Part shown: one piece after another, positions 63,118-64,000 of the stretch
Layout: every line of letters begins with the position of its first letter
Position numbering within the stretch: position 1 is the first letter of the stretch
Assembly (NCBI GenBank): GCA_947573135.1
Contig: CANPDU010000007.1
Span: forward strand, 24,855-88,854
Direction: 5' to 3'
Length of the DNA: 64,000 bases
DNA from: an uncultured Bacteroidales bacterium
Lineage (GTDB): Bacteria > Bacteroidota > Bacteroidia > Bacteroidales > Muribaculaceae
Notes under the pieces: generated by a model
Told to the model about the DNA's origin: nothing
The model's database searches: none
The model's input: only the letters and a program-made list of their open reading frames with translations
Position numbers and translations under genes: made by a program

Positions 63118-63492
63118 ATGAGTAATTTGCCGATAAAAGAAAAATTAAAAAAATTTACATGCATCGATGAGTGTCCGGTGAGAAATGTGCTTGCGCGTTT
63201 TTCCGGCAAATGGTCGATGCTTGTGCTATGTGTCCTTGCCGAGAACGGTGCGACGCGTTTCAATGTCATAGCCAAAGCAGTTCCTGACATATCTCCGAAA
63301 GTTCTGACCGAGACATTGAAGGCTCTTGAAGCAAGCGGTCTGATTTCTCGAAAACTGTATGCCGAGATCCCGCCGCGAGTAGAATATTCGCTCACGCAGC
63401 TCGGACTGAGTCTGATGCCTTTGCTCGGCAGTCTGATAACGTGGTCGCTCGATCATTTCGACGAAATAGTCCGCGGTACACAAGAAAAATAG
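63118..63492 (+). CDS. HxlR family winged-helix transcriptional regulator
   Basis: CPVRNVL...GKWS, DISPKVLTETLKALE, PPRVEYSLT; ATG 63118 preferred over TTG 63079. Confidence 0.92.
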   Translation: MSNLPIKEKLKKFTCIDECPVRNVLARFSGKWSMLVLCVLAENGATRFNVIAKAVPDISPKVLTETLKALEASGLISRKLYAEIPPRVEYSLTQLGLSLMPLLGSLITWSLDHFDEIVRGTQEK

Positions 63493-63566
63493 TCCCGAAC
63501 TCTGATTATCGGCGTTTTTTTTGTAATTTCGTGGCAACGTATCATTAATATAAACGTAGCATACAA

Positions 63567-64000
63567 ATGTTAATTATCGGCATAGCCGGCGGCACTGGTT
63601 CCGGAAAAACCACTGTCGTCAATAAAATATTGAACAGTTTTCCGGCCGGAGAGGTAGCCGTGATCCCTCAGGACTCTTATTATAAGGATTCGAGCCACAT
63701 TCCGCCCGAAGACCGAAGCAAAATCAATTTCGACGAGCCTGCCGCCATCGAGTGGACGCTTCTTGTCGATCATCTTCGCCGGCTCAAAGAGGGAAAGACA
63801 ATCGACATGCCGACTTATTCATATCTGACATGCACCCGTCAGGAAGAGACCGTCACTGTTGCTCCGCGCGACGTTGTGATTGTTGAAGGTATCCTTGTGC
63901 TGAACGATCCTGAGTTACGCGACATGATGGATGTCAAAGTGTTTGTTGATGCCGATCCCGACGACCGTCTGATACGCGTCATTGCCCGCGACTGCATTTC
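63567..64000 (+). CDS. udk: Uridine kinase (runs off window end)
   Basis: Hand translation: MLIIGIAGGTGSGKTT...QDSYYKD...NFDEP...EGIL. Confidence 0.95.
   Translation, partial: MLIIGIAGGTGSGKTTVVNKILNSFPAGEVAVIPQDSYYKDSSHIPPEDRSKINFDEPAAIEWTLLVDHLRRLKEGKTIDMPTYSYLTCTRQEETVTVAPRDVVIVEGILVLNDPELRDMMDVKVFVDADPDDRLIRVIARDCI

Overview
64-kb chromosomal window from a Bacteroidales bacterium. Gene content, gene order and TAnnTTTG-type promoters fit Muribaculaceae; this taxonomy is inferred, not searched. Most of it is housekeeping: ndk, recG, ispD, glyA, pyrBI, waaA, gltX, class I fumarase, serC/serA, lpxH, nadD, gmk, tsaB, guaB, a PPIase/SurA/OstA cluster, trxB, lolA, ftsK, rpe and udk. I saw no tRNA, rRNA, CRISPR array, transposase or integrase. 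Main observations: (1) a susC gene is split by a G8 tract, where G9 or G6 restores a 1033- or 1032-aa protein, so this is either a phase-variation switch or a homopolymer assembly error; (2) an ArgC homolog has lost its catalytic Cys and its substrate motifs; (3) two paralogous ECF sigma/anti-sigma/periplasmic-protein cassettes are linked to outer-membrane beta-barrels, and both are preceded by the same GTYACA-N15-CGT motif; (4) a giant alpha-2-macroglobulin gene lacks a thioester motif and has a low-GC central block; (5) a ~175-nt promoter-to-terminator RNA downstream of lpxH has 6S-like architecture; (6) an accessory block at 48.9-56.1 kb carries DUF3737-PatB-MATE and a minimal ECF/FecR-like/beta-barrel signalling trio. 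Family names come from motif recognition only; no database searches were run.
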